DNA of 62,341 nt, filler included, from Caldilineae bacterium (GCA_037446815.1; 11 parts of 11 records of this genome joined end to end with filler, not necessarily neighbours in it), one strand, 5' to 3'. Positions 38,188 to 47,968 are shown, counted from the whole stretch's first letter. Notes: generated by a model from the letters alone, not told the origin. Numbers and translations are program-made.

Positions 38188-39654
38188 CTATGGTGCAATG
38201 CGATAATAGATTGTTCCGGCGTAGGTGGTATCGGGTATGCCTGACGGCCCCAAGCGGAGCCACAGGGCGTTGGTTGCCACGGTGGTTCCCCCTTCGGCGG
38301 TGCGGGCGCCGGCGCCGATGGTAACGTATGCGCCGGAACGCACGACGACGGCGCCGGGAAGGTCGTCGGCGCTGTTCGCCTTCAGCGAGAACTGGCCCGG
38401 GCCGGGCACGCCCGTCTCGTTGAGGGCGATCCAGCGGGGGGCGCTGCCCCACGGATTGGACGTGCGCACCTGCTGCTGGTACGGCCCGTTGGCGATGTAG
38501 GTAACCGAGATGCCCGTTCTCGGGTTGGCCGCGTAGTCGGAGCCGAGGACGACGATGCCCCAGTTGACGCTGGGCGTGTTCACATGCACCTCTCCGTACC
38601 AATTCATGTCATAATCGCCTCCATCGTAGAGAGCGGCTTCCGCGCCGCCGCTATCCCGCGCGGAGGCCCAGGCGTCCCAATCGGTGGATTCGGCAGCGAC
38701 CTTGCCAGGCCGGAAGTGGAACCACCACGTGCCGGATGTCCCCGACAGGTCTGGCTGGGCGCAGTTGGCAGTTACCAGCGCCCAGGTGGTGGGCGAGCCG
38801 GCGCTGATGCTCCACGACGGGGGCGAGCCGTTGGCCCAGGTGAGGATGGCGGCGGTCTGGGCGTCGCCCGAGGCAGGTACGTCGGCCGGGTCATCGTCGC
38901 CGTCGGCATCCAGGAACACCACGACGCGCACCTGTTGCAGGCTGGCCAGCCCGTCCGGGTCGGATACGGACACGCGCACGGCGTACTCGGCCTGGGGGTC
39001 CATGGCCGTGGCGGGCGTAACGCGATCCGGCTGGTAGATGCCCACGGCGTTCACCGACGGCGGGGCGTTGGTGGGGGTTGGGGTAGGGGTAGGGGTAGAT
39101 GTCGGCGTATGGGTTGGCGTCGGCGTGGCCGTGGGCGTATGGGTTGGCGTTGGGGTTGCGGCGGAACATGACGGGCCGTCCAGCGAGCCGATCTCGGTGT
39201 CCGGGGGCACGCGCGCCGCCACCCGAACCACCGTTGCGGGATACTGCTCGGACAAGGTGAAGGTGAACGTTTGGGGCGGATCGTTGGGCCGGATGTCCAC
39301 ATCCCACACGATGGCGTAGATGCCGCTGATGGTCCTTACGGAACCGCGCGGATCGCTGGATACGACTGTATGGTCAGAGCAGAGTTCCAGCGCCCACCAG
39401 TGAAGTTTCTTCGTAGCGCCACAGTCGTCCACTGTGTACGTCCAGGTGGACGTGCCATCGTCGTTGAACGTTACGCCGTCAAAATGGAAGCAATAGCCGA
39501 CGAGCGTCTCATCGTCGTCGGGGAGATTCTGCGGCGCGAGGGGGGCCTCGGTGCGGACGTCGCCGTGGACAGCAGGCGCAAAGAGAGCCGCCAGCAGCAC
39601 TGCCGCGGCAATCAGCAGCCCTCGGATGACCGTCTGCCTGTCCAAGCGTTCCAT
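38188..39654 (-). CDS. secreted protein: N-terminal Cys-containing domain, PT linker, filament-subunit-like domain (putative tip adhesin)
   Basis: Signal peptide; shares SGTWWFHFRPGKVA, DWDA, YDG.DYDMNWYGEV and LWL.LG with the downstream paralog. Confidence 0.8.
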   Translation of the reverse strand: MERLDRQTVIRGLLIAAAVLLAALFAPAVHGDVRTEAPLAPQNLPDDDETLVGYCFHFDGVTFNDDGTSTWTYTVDDCGATKKLHWWALELCSDHTVVSSDPRGSVRTISGIYAIVWDVDIRPNDPPQTFTFTLSEQYPATVVRVAARVPPDTEIGSLDGPSCSAATPTPTHTPTATPTPTHTPTSTPTPTPTPTNAPPSVNAVGIYQPDRVTPATAMDPQAEYAVRVSVSDPDGLASLQQVRVVVFLDADGDDDPADVPASGDAQTAAILTWANGSPPSWSISAGSPTTWALVTANCAQPDLSGTSGTWWFHFRPGKVAAESTDWDAWASARDSGGAEAALYDGGDYDMNWYGEVHVNTPSVNWGIVVLGSDYAANPRTGISVTYIANGPYQQQVRTSNPWGSAPRWIALNETGVPGPGQFSLKANSADDLPGAVVVRSGAYVTIGAGARTAEGGTTVATNALWLRLGPSGIPDTTYAGTIYYRIAP

Positions 39655-39683
39655 GCCATCAAGCCTTCCATACGCCACAGTTG

Positions 39684-39847
39684 CGTGAACAATCCGTGCA
39701 GGTAGCGTGAACGTAGCGTGAATTTGGCTCCATTGTACGGCGGCGAGGGCCTCGCTCCAATGGGAAAATGGTACTATCCGTGAAATTTGCGTGAAGGGAA
39801 GAAGGGTTGAAAGGCGGGCCGTCGGCGCGGCGTGAACCGAACGTGAA
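39684..39847 (-). promoter_or_regulatory. promoter with 11-bp-phased TTCACG repeats
   Basis: CGTG(A/C)A at 39684, 39695, 39706, 39717, 39779, 39790, 39831 and 39842; minus-strand TTGGAG-17-TACAAT at 39760-39732. Confidence 0.6.
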
Positions 39848-39889
39848 GGGGCCGCGCGGGGCTGAAGCCGCCGGGCTGAGGCGGGCGTA

Positions 39890-39925
39890 GCCCTCACCCC
39901 AGCCCTCTCCCGGTGGGCGAGGGGG
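39890..39925. repeat. family E hairpin (CCCTCACCCC.RCCCTCTCCC...GGGCGAGGG)
   Basis: Copies at 7428-7458, 51240-51258 (partial) and 8-57 (degenerate). Confidence 0.65.
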
Positions 39926-40150
39926 CGGGGCCGCGCGGGGCTAATGGCTAGCGGCTAATGGCCGGCCTGTCACCCTGAGCGGAGCGAAGGGTCTCGGTTG
40001 GCGAGATTCTTCCCGGCTGCGCCGCTCAGAATGACGGATTGCCGCGGGCGNNNNNNNNNNNNNNNNNNNNNNNNNNNNNNNNNNNNNNNNNNNNTTAATT
40101 AATTAANNNNNNNNNNNNNNNNNNNNNNNNNNNNNNNNNNNNNNNNNNNN

Positions 40151-41428
40151 GGGCGGCAGACCACCCCGCCGTCGGGCTTCGCAGAGGCCCGCGATGCGGC
40201 GATGGCCTATCTGAAGACCGCCTACCCAAGCCTGGAGTGGCCCGCGTCGCCCAAGTGGACGGCGGAGGACGTTACCGGCGGCAGGCTTGGCGCGACGACC
40301 TGGAAGTTCTCGGACGCGAGCGGCCTTTCCGTCCTGGTCTCGCTGCCGGTCGTGCCCGATGCCTTGTACAACGTGGAGGTGGCCTTCGGCGACTTCACCT
40401 GGGCCGGCAAGGTGGATTCGGCGGGGAAGGTCGCCCAGGAGCCGACGCCCTTGCCCCCGCTCACGGCCGAGGCGGCCCGCGATGCGGCCATGGCCCACGT
40501 CGCCAGCCTGTACCCCGACCTGGCGCTGCCCGGCGAGTGGGTTGACGTAGACGTGGCGGGCGGGCTGCTCGGCATCAACGCCCGGCGCTACATCGGCGGC
40601 GACTGGACGGTGGACGTGCAGGCCCCCGTCGTGCCCAAGCCGGAATACGCCGTCCGCGTGGCCCATGCCTCGGGCAAGGGCTGGACTGGCCGCATTCTCG
40701 CCGACGGCACGCCCGCCCTGGGCGAGGGCACCGCATTCCTCGCCGATGACGAGCGCCCCACCCGCGTCCTGGAAGCCGTGCGCGCCGACCCCAAAGGCTG
40801 GGAAGGCCGGTACATCCGCGTGGTCGGCTACTACGAGGGATGGGACCTGTTCGGCTCGGTCGGCACCGGCCCCGCCGTTACGCGGAGCGACTGGGTCATC
40901 CGCGACGACGGCGGCGCCATCTACGTGCATCCAGGGAGCGCAGCCGTGGAGGGCCTGGACATCCCGCCCTCGCAGAAGGTGGAAGGCGTGCTCCTGCGCC
41001 TCTTCGCCCAGGTGCGCCTGAACGAAGCCGGCCAGCCCTACCTGTGGGTCGTGCAGGGCGAACGCATCGGCCCCGCGCGCCAGGTCTGGCTGGAGTACGA
41101 GCGTTCCGGCGGGATTGCCGGTTTCCAGGATCGGCTCACCATCTACGCCGACGGGCAGGCGGTGCTCAACCGCAAGGGTGTGGAGACCGCCTTTCAGTTG
41201 ACGACCGAGGAGATGGAACAACTGAAGGGCGCGCTGGCCGCGGCGGACTTCGCCAATCTCAACGAGTCCTACCTGCCCGCCGACCCCTGCTGCGATCGGT
41301 TCACCTACATCATCCGCTCCTACGGGGCGACGGGCGGAGAACCGCACACGGTAACGACCATGGACGGGACGGTGCCGCCGCAACTGACGCCGGTACTAGA
41401 AGCATTGAACCATCTCGTCAGCCGGTAG
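40151..41428 (+). CDS. multidomain hypothetical protein (5' truncated) with a C-terminal emfourin-like domain
   Basis: Repeated AARDAAMA units; C-terminal RSGGIAG...CCDRFTY...HTV...P..L. Confidence 0.65.
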   Translation, partial: GRQTTPPSGFAEARDAAMAYLKTAYPSLEWPASPKWTAEDVTGGRLGATTWKFSDASGLSVLVSLPVVPDALYNVEVAFGDFTWAGKVDSAGKVAQEPTPLPPLTAEAARDAAMAHVASLYPDLALPGEWVDVDVAGGLLGINARRYIGGDWTVDVQAPVVPKPEYAVRVAHASGKGWTGRILADGTPALGEGTAFLADDERPTRVLEAVRADPKGWEGRYIRVVGYYEGWDLFGSVGTGPAVTRSDWVIRDDGGAIYVHPGSAAVEGLDIPPSQKVEGVLLRLFAQVRLNEAGQPYLWVVQGERIGPARQVWLEYERSGGIAGFQDRLTIYADGQAVLNRKGVETAFQLTTEEMEQLKGALAAADFANLNESYLPADPCCDRFTYIIRSYGATGGEPHTVTTMDGTVPPQLTPVLEALNHLVSR

Positions 41429-41489
41429 GGGCGGCCCTTGCGTTCGCCCGAACCCTGCGCGACGCCTATTGAATCCCGTTACTCCGATA

Positions 41490-41681
41490 GCAGGGGCAGG
41501 TCGTAGGGGCAGGTCGTAGGGGCAGGTCNNNNNNNNNNNNNNNNNNNNNNNNNNNNNNNNNNNNNNNNNNNNNNNNNNNNNNNNNNNNNNNNNNNNNNNN
41601 NNNNNNNNNNNNNNNNNNNNNNNNNNNNAGGGGCAGGTCGTAGGGGCAGGTCGTAGGGGCAGGTCTCAGACCTGCCCCTAC
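41490..41681 (+). repeat. 13-bp tandem array of a GTAG-REP left arm ending in a full REP
   Basis: (GTAGGGGCAGGTC)n across a 100-N gap, ending GTAGGGGCAGGTCTCAGACCTGCCCCTAC; related REP end at 28879-28899. Confidence 0.85.
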
Positions 41682-41840
41682 GTCAATTACACGGCGTGGC
41701 AACCTCCATGATGCCCTCTACGTTCTCTCCGCAGCCTGATCCGAACATCGCTTCTGCGAGGCTCTCCTGCGCCACCTTCAGATTTCATGCCACCATAACG
41801 CCGCACAGTTGTCAGTCTGAGCGGCGAAGCCGCGAAGGAT

Positions 41841-44800
41841 CTAGTACGCCGTGTCCGTGGCCAGCACCGCTGCCGTGAGGCTCAGGAGCCGACCCGCGCG
41901 GCCTATCTTCGCGGGATCAACCGCCTCGGGAGCGTCCCCCGGCAGGTGCGAATGCGCATCCGCGCCCGGCCACGACAGGGTAATCATCGGGTAATTCGTC
42001 TGCAACCGCTGGGACAGGTAGAACGCGGAGTGGAGTCCCAGGCCCGCCGTCTTGACGGAGATGCCCAGCCGCCGCGCGCCCGTCTGCACCATCTCGGTGA
42101 TGCGGTCGCTGCTGGAACGCCAGGCCAGCACTGCGTCGCCGTCGCCCGCGCCCACGCCCTCAACCTGGAAGACCGCGACGACCTTGAGGTCCGAGAGGCC
42201 CGACCGCGTGCTCAAGTACTGGTACAGCGCGGGCGTCTGGTGCAGTTCTCCGCCCGCCCACGCCACGAAAAGCACCGTGCGCTTGGGCTTGAAGTTCCAC
42301 GCCTTCCACGAGCGGATGATTTCCAACATGGTGGCCACGCCGCTGGCATTGTCGTTCGCGCCCGGGTACAGCACGCCATTGGCCGATCCCAGCCCGTCGT
42401 AGTGGGCCAGGATCACCACCATCTCCGAATCCAGCGCGACATCCTCGCCCGGCCACATGGCCATCACATTCCTGTACGTGATGTCCTGCTGCGCGATGGG
42501 GGCGAAGGCCGCCTGCACGCGCGCGTCGGTCTGCACCCAGAACCCCTCACCCTCCGCCAGCGCCGCCCGACGCTCCCGCAGCGCCGCTAGGTTGTATCCA
42601 GAGCCATTGAGAATGCGGTCGGCGGCCTGCGGCGTGATGAACAGCACCGGCATGGCCTGCATGGTCCGCGCCGTGCCGGGCGTGGATGAGCCGGGCAACT
42701 CCCGACGGAACATGACGCTCGGATCGTCGGCGATGACGAGCGCCGCCCGCGCGCCCACGTACATCGGCAAACTCCCCGGCCCGTAGAACCAGGGGTACGA
42801 GGCCAGCCACTGGTTGTCATACTCCACCAGCAGGATGCGGTCCGTCCGGGTCGCGTCGGCCTCCGACAGCCCCAGAGCAGCCCTGACCGCGCTCACATTG
42901 CCCTCGGGCGCGGCGTTCACGGCCACATACGCGATGGGGCCCTCCGCCACGAGCGCCTGCCTGGACAAGAGTTCGGTCGTCTCGGAGAAGTCCACGCCCA
43001 TGCGGAGCGTTAGGCGCTGGCCCGTAGCGTCCCAGGCCTCAACGGCCGTCTTGCCCTGGAGCGCCACGATGCGGCTCTGGATCGTCTGGAAGTAGGTCCA
43101 GTCCTCCCCGGCCGTAACCAGCCCCAACTCCTCAAACTGCCGGGCAATCCAATCCGCGGCGGCCTCGGCGCCCGGCGTGCCAATTTGCCGCCCGCCGAAC
43201 TCCGGCCCGGCGAGGATGGCCACATCCTCCATGGCTCGGCTTGCGTCAAACGTCTCGCCCAACGGCTTGTACCGCGCCCAGATGCCAGTGCTCTGCATCG
43301 TCCAGACGCCCACGCCAAGAACGACACAGGCCGCCAGCAGCGTGTAGCGGTTGAACAGCGCCTTCATGCTCAAGGTCAGTTCCTCGCAAAGCCGCCGCAG
43401 CCCCTCTCCCAGCAGGGTGAAGGTTACGATGGCAACCAGGAACGCCAGCGCCGGGTACACCGTGGCCCAGGGGAAACTGCGGAAGGAGCGCCACGAGTTG
43501 GCGAGCATCACGCCCCATTCCGGGATGTCGTAGTACGTGAGGAGCGGCGGCCCGCCCTCGCCTTCCGCCGCGAACCCGCCGCCGATGAACACGCCCAGGA
43601 ACCCCAACTCGCCCAGAATCATCAGCGCGCCGCCCATCTCCAAGAAGGCCAGGCTCACCATGGTGGGCCAGATGTTGGGCAGAACGTGGCGCGTCAGGAT
43701 TTGCCCCTGGCCCGCGCCCGTGGCCACCGCGCCCTCTATGTACGCCATGGGGCGCACCGAGATGACCTGGGCGCGGATGTTCTGCATGACCTCGGGCCAG
43801 CCGATGACCAGCAGGCCGAACACGAAGGCATACAGCCCCTGGCGAATGCCGGCGGCATAGACCACCAGCGTCGCCAACAGGAGCGCGGGGAACGAGTTGA
43901 CCATCTCGCCCAAGGCCATAAGCGCGCGGTCCAGCAGGGTGTCGTGGAACCACCCCGCCAGAAACCCAAAGATGCCCCCAATGACCAGTCGGCCCGCCAC
44001 GGCCAGGAAAGCCAGCATCATGGTGCGGCGCGCGCCCGCCAGGAGCAGGCTCAAGATGTCGCGCCCCTGGGCATCGCTGCCGAGCGGGAACACATCCGAA
44101 GGCCGAAACGGCGGCGTGTACGTAATGCCCTCAACCTCAAGGCGACTGGCCGTGGCGTAGGGGTTGTGGGGAGCCACCTGCGGCCCGGCCAGGACCACCA
44201 GCAGCAGCGCAATGCCCAGGACGGCCCCCAGCGCCAGGGCGGGATTCCCCACAGTCGCCTTGCGCCACGCCCGAAGCCGCCCCCACCGCATGGACTGCGC
44301 CAGGCGCGACATCTCCTGCCTGGACTCCTCGGTGATGCGCGCGTCCACCGGCAGCGGGGCCAGGTCGCGCGCCTGTTTGCGCCGTTCGCGCAGCCCCCGC
44401 AGCGTGATGGCCCGCACGAACCCCGTCCAGGCCAGTTCCAGCCAGTTGCCGATCTCCATCTGCGCGGAACCTGCATCCTCGGCCTGCCGCAGCCGCGGAT
44501 CCAGCACCCGATAGGCCAGGTCCAGGATGCCGTTGACCAGGACGAAGAAGAACCCCGTCGCCAGCACCAGCGCCGAAGCCGCGTCTATGTCATAACCCTG
44601 GAGCCGCTCCAGCAGATGCTTGCCCAGGCCCGGCCAGCCGAAGAACACCTCCACCACCGGCAGGCTGCTGAGCGCGAACCGCAGCGAGGACACGATGGCA
44701 GTGAGCACGGTCCCCGCGGCGTTGGGCAGGATGTGCCCGAACCAAATCTCGGAGTTGGGCAGCCCTTTGGCGCGGGCGGTGCGCACGAAATCCTCGCTGA

Positions 44801-45404
44801 TGAGATTCTCCATGTACACCGACGTGAGCCGCGCAACCTGGGCCACCGGCCTCGCCGCCAAGACCAGCACGGGCAGCACCAGGTGCGAATCCCAGCCGAA
44901 CCCGCCGACGGGCACCAGGCGCATTCCCGTGCGCTTGTAGAACTCAATGGCGCCCAGTTGCAGGAGCACAGCGAGGAAGAAACTGGGCGTGGAGACGCCG
45001 ATGATGGACAACAGGAGCATAGAGAGCGACGCGGCGCGGCGGCGAATCGCGGCGAAGGCGATGCCCAGGAGGCCGCCAATGACCCCGCCCAACGCCATCG
45101 CCAGCAACAGCAGCACCGAACTGTTCCAGAGAGACGTCCCGACCAACTGGGTCATCGGCAGGCGCTCACCCTGGCGGAGCATGTAGCCGCTAACCCGCGT
45201 GTATTCGCCCAGGTCTCCGCGCGGGATGCCATCCCACAGCGCGAGCGTCTGTCCCCATGCCTGCTGCGCGACCTCGCCGATGGGCGCGGGCTGGAGCAGG
45301 CGCTGGCGCATGGCCAGGTCTTGGGTGAAGTAGGCCACGTAGGTGATGGCGAACAGCACCACGATTGCGGCAACGATGCGGCGCAGGACGAACCGTGTGA
45401 GCAT
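41841..45404 (-). CDS. fusion protein: DppB-like permease, DppC-like permease, PA domain, M28 peptidase-like domain
   Basis: DFVRTARAKGL and YIEGAVATGA EAA motifs, LGSDAQGRD, PEWG; AHYD, GANDNASG, PKRTVLF. Confidence 0.9.
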   Translation of the reverse strand: MLTRFVLRRIVAAIVVLFAITYVAYFTQDLAMRQRLLQPAPIGEVAQQAWGQTLALWDGIPRGDLGEYTRVSGYMLRQGERLPMTQLVGTSLWNSSVLLLLAMALGGVIGGLLGIAFAAIRRRAASLSMLLLSIIGVSTPSFFLAVLLQLGAIEFYKRTGMRLVPVGGFGWDSHLVLPVLVLAARPVAQVARLTSVYMENLISEDFVRTARAKGLPNSEIWFGHILPNAAGTVLTAIVSSLRFALSSLPVVEVFFGWPGLGKHLLERLQGYDIDAASALVLATGFFFVLVNGILDLAYRVLDPRLRQAEDAGSAQMEIGNWLELAWTGFVRAITLRGLRERRKQARDLAPLPVDARITEESRQEMSRLAQSMRWGRLRAWRKATVGNPALALGAVLGIALLLVVLAGPQVAPHNPYATASRLEVEGITYTPPFRPSDVFPLGSDAQGRDILSLLLAGARRTMMLAFLAVAGRLVIGGIFGFLAGWFHDTLLDRALMALGEMVNSFPALLLATLVVYAAGIRQGLYAFVFGLLVIGWPEVMQNIRAQVISVRPMAYIEGAVATGAGQGQILTRHVLPNIWPTMVSLAFLEMGGALMILGELGFLGVFIGGGFAAEGEGGPPLLTYYDIPEWGVMLANSWRSFRSFPWATVYPALAFLVAIVTFTLLGEGLRRLCEELTLSMKALFNRYTLLAACVVLGVGVWTMQSTGIWARYKPLGETFDASRAMEDVAILAGPEFGGRQIGTPGAEAAADWIARQFEELGLVTAGEDWTYFQTIQSRIVALQGKTAVEAWDATGQRLTLRMGVDFSETTELLSRQALVAEGPIAYVAVNAAPEGNVSAVRAALGLSEADATRTDRILLVEYDNQWLASYPWFYGPGSLPMYVGARAALVIADDPSVMFRRELPGSSTPGTARTMQAMPVLFITPQAADRILNGSGYNLAALRERRAALAEGEGFWVQTDARVQAAFAPIAQQDITYRNVMAMWPGEDVALDSEMVVILAHYDGLGSANGVLYPGANDNASGVATMLEIIRSWKAWNFKPKRTVLFVAWAGGELHQTPALYQYLSTRSGLSDLKVVAVFQVEGVGAGDGDAVLAWRSSSDRITEMVQTGARRLGISVKTAGLGLHSAFYLSQRLQTNYPMITLSWPGADAHSHLPGDAPEAVDPAKIGRAGRLLSLTAAVLATDTAY

Positions 45405-45773
45405 ACGCGTATCTCCGACGGGCAGCAGGGTTGTGGCAGCGCACCTGCGAGGGCCCTAACAGTATAGACCCGTGTAGTTTGCCACAGGTTCACCGTTCCC
45501 GCAAGAACGCGCCTGCGGGCCGCCACTCGGTTCCAAAGCCTCTTGCTAACCGTCATTGCGAGGGCGCGAGCGGGAATACCACACCTAGCGCGGCGGCCTT
45601 AGCCCCGCGCGACCATCCCTCCCCAACTGTCATTCTGAGCCGCGAAGCGGCGAAGAATCTCGCGCCATCGGGCNNNNNNNNNNNNNNNNNNNNNNNNNNN
45701 NNNNNNNNNNNNNNNNNTTAATTAATTAANNNNNNNNNNNNNNNNNNNNNNNNNNNNNNNNNNNNNNNNNNNN

Positions 45774-46424
45774 CTGATTGATCACACGCTACTCAAACCC
45801 GAGGCCACACCCGAACAGATCGCGCAACTGTGCAGCGAGGCGCGCGAATATCGCTTCGCGTCGGTCTGCGTCAACCCTGTTTATGTCAAACTCGCTTGGG
45901 ACCTGCTCAAAGGCAGCCCGGTGAAGGTGTGCTCGGTCGTCGGCTTTCCCCTCGGCGCGACGCCCTCCGAAGTGAAAGCCTTTGAGGCGCGGCGCGCCAT
46001 CCGAGACGGCGCCTCGGAGATTGACATGGTGATCCATGTCGGGAGCCTGAAGGCAGGCGCGGACGACCTTGTGCAGGAAGACATCGCCACGGTCGTGGAA
46101 GCCTGCCACTCCGGCGGGGCCATCTGTAAGGTCATCCTGGAGACCTGCTTCTTGACCGAGGAAGAGAAGGTTCGCGGTTGTCTTCTCGCCAAGCGGGCCG
46201 GCGCCGATTTCGTCAAGACCTCCACAGGGTTTGGGCCTGGTGGCGCAACCGTGGAAGACGTGGCGCTCATGCGCCGCACCGTCGGGCCAGACATGGGCGT
46301 GAAAGCCGCGGGCGGAATCCGCACGCTGGAGGCCCTTCGGCAAATGGTGGCCGCAGGCGCAACCCGCATCGGCGCCAGCGCAAGCGTCAAAATCATGCAG
46401 GAGGCGCAGAGTGTCCAAGGATGA
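45774..46424 (+). CDS. deoC: deoxyribose-phosphate aldolase (5' truncated)
   Basis: [45 protein letters not shown]. Confidence 0.97.
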   Translation: MIDHTLLKPEATPEQIAQLCSEAREYRFASVCVNPVYVKLAWDLLKGSPVKVCSVVGFPLGATPSEVKAFEARRAIRDGASEIDMVIHVGSLKAGADDLVQEDIATVVEACHSGGAICKVILETCFLTEEEKVRGCLLAKRAGADFVKTSTGFGPGGATVEDVALMRRTVGPDMGVKAAGGIRTLEALRQMVAAGATRIGASASVKIMQEAQSVQG

Positions 46425-46674
46425 TTCTGCTCCCGAACCCAAACGCATCTGCCCTATCTGCCACATCGGACAGATTCGCACGCGCCGAACATCCCATGCC
46501 GAATGGCATGAGGACCAACTCATCGTCGTGTCCAATGTTACCGCCGATGTCTGCGACTTCTGCGGCGAGACGGTATCCCGCGACGACCAACTGTGGCGGC
46601 TAGACCAGTTGCTGCGGTATGGGACAGACGTCCACCACGCGCCCCGCGTGCACCGCAGCCACCGAATTATGTAA
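46411..46674 (+). CDS. YgiT-type zinc finger protein
   Basis: CPICHIG...[14 protein letters not shown]. Confidence 0.75.
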   Translation: MSKDDSAPEPKRICPICHIGQIRTRRTSHAEWHEDQLIVVSNVTADVCDFCGETVSRDDQLWRLDQLLRYGTDVHHAPRVHRSHRIM

Positions 46675-46695
46675 ACCACATCGGGGGCAGCCGAC

Positions 46696-47379
46696 ATGGA
46701 GATCGCGCCGAACGTCCACCAGGTGGAAGGCATCCCCTTCATCAGCAACGTCTACCTCATCGTCGGCGATGACGGCCTGGTGCTCATAGACTCGGGCGTG
46801 GCGTGGGCCGCCAAGGGCGTGCTCCGCTACATCCGTCGCCTGGGCTTTGACCCGTCCGCGGTGAAAGCCGTACTCATCACCCACGGCGATGCCGATCACA
46901 TCGGCGGGCTTGACGCCATCGTGCGGGCAACCGGCGCCGCTGTGGTAGCGCACCGCGCCGAGGTTGGCTTGGTGAACGGGACTCAGACGCGCCGCCCGAC
47001 CAGCGCGCGCGTTCTTGATTACTTCATGGATCCCATCGTTCGGCTCATCATGCCGTACAAACCGGTGGCCGTGTCCCGTCCCGTCGCGGATGGCGAGTCG
47101 CTCTTCGGCCTGGAGGTAATCCACGCGCCGGGACATTCGCCCGGGAGCGCATGCTATCTCCTCCCAGCCCAGAAGGTGCTCTTCGCCGGCGACGCCCTCA
47201 CCCATTGGGGCGGGCGCCTGGCCCTGCCCATGAGGGCCTACACAACCGACATGGCCCAGGCGATGGAGTCCGTGAGACGCATCGCGCAGCGCGAGTTCGC
47301 GGTGTGCGCTTTCGGGCATGGGCCGGCGATTGTGAACGATGCACGGGCAGCCATCGCGGCCTTTGCAGCAAGCCTTTGA
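46696..47379 (+). CDS. MBL-fold metallohydrolase
   Basis: LIDSG, THGDADHIGG, PGHSPG, GDAL, FGHG. Confidence 0.9.
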   Translation: MEIAPNVHQVEGIPFISNVYLIVGDDGLVLIDSGVAWAAKGVLRYIRRLGFDPSAVKAVLITHGDADHIGGLDAIVRATGAAVVAHRAEVGLVNGTQTRRPTSARVLDYFMDPIVRLIMPYKPVAVSRPVADGESLFGLEVIHAPGHSPGSACYLLPAQKVLFAGDALTHWGGRLALPMRAYTTDMAQAMESVRRIAQREFAVCAFGHGPAIVNDARAAIAAFAASL

Positions 47380-47455
47380 GCCGCCGGGGCGCACGCCCGC
47401 ACCGTCATGTTGAAAGGCTCGCGAGAGCCTGGCAGACATCCGCAAGGAGGATGAG

Positions 47456-47866
47456 ATGACCGAAGAAACGCCCGAACCCATCCGACGTTGTGCCAATTGC
47501 GGCGCCGAGTTGCGCCCCACCGACCGCTATTGTGGCGAATGTGGCCTGCCCACCTTTATCCCTGCGCCGCCCGCCGAAGCGCCAGCCGCAGCAGCTCCGG
47601 CCGCCGCGCCGGCTCCCGCCCCTGCGCCCGCCGCCGAGTCCGACAACCGCACATGGGCCATCGTTGCGGGGATACTTCTTCTCCTCATCGGCGCGGTGGC
47701 GTGCATCGTGGGCGCCCTATTGATGCTAGGGGCCTCTTGGATCGCCACCGATACGGACGCGGACTGGATTGTAGCGGCCAGTGGCCTCTGCTGCGTCCTG
47801 CCGGCCCTGGTGCTGATGATCGGGGGCGGCCTCGTCTGGTATGTGTGGGGCCGGAAGAAGCCCTAG
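47456..47866 (+). CDS. zinc-ribbon membrane protein
   Basis: CANCG..YCGECG, Pro/Ala linker, 2 TM helices. Confidence 0.8.
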   Translation: MTEETPEPIRRCANCGAELRPTDRYCGECGLPTFIPAPPAEAPAAAAPAAAPAPAPAPAAESDNRTWAIVAGILLLLIGAVACIVGALLMLGASWIATDTDADWIVAASGLCCVLPALVLMIGGGLVWYVWGRKKP

Positions 47867-47891
47867 CGACATCGTTGTCGTCCCATCACTC

Positions 47892-47920
47892 TTGACAGAG
47901 GCACAAGAACGTCCTAGAAT
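47892..47920 (+). promoter_or_regulatory. promoter of the K+ uptake operon
   Basis: TTGACA-17-TAGAAT. Confidence 0.75.
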
Positions 47921-47924
47921 AGGG

Positions 47925-47968
47925 TACCCCGTAGGCGCATCGCACACCGATTCCTACGGGGTATTTCT
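47925..47968 (+). terminator. leader hairpin, possible attenuator
   Basis: TACCCCGTAGG-N17-CCTACGGGGTA followed by TTTCT. Confidence 0.5.

Noticed and set aside
41490..41681. Possible CRISPR array
   Set aside because: 13-bp head-to-tail units with no spacers and no cas genes
41690..41810. Possible HEPN gene remnant (LKVAQESLAEA on the minus strand)
   Set aside because: Too short and lacks a start; cannot be supported
46411..46674. MqsA-type TA antitoxin
   Set aside because: No HTH domain and no adjacent toxin gene
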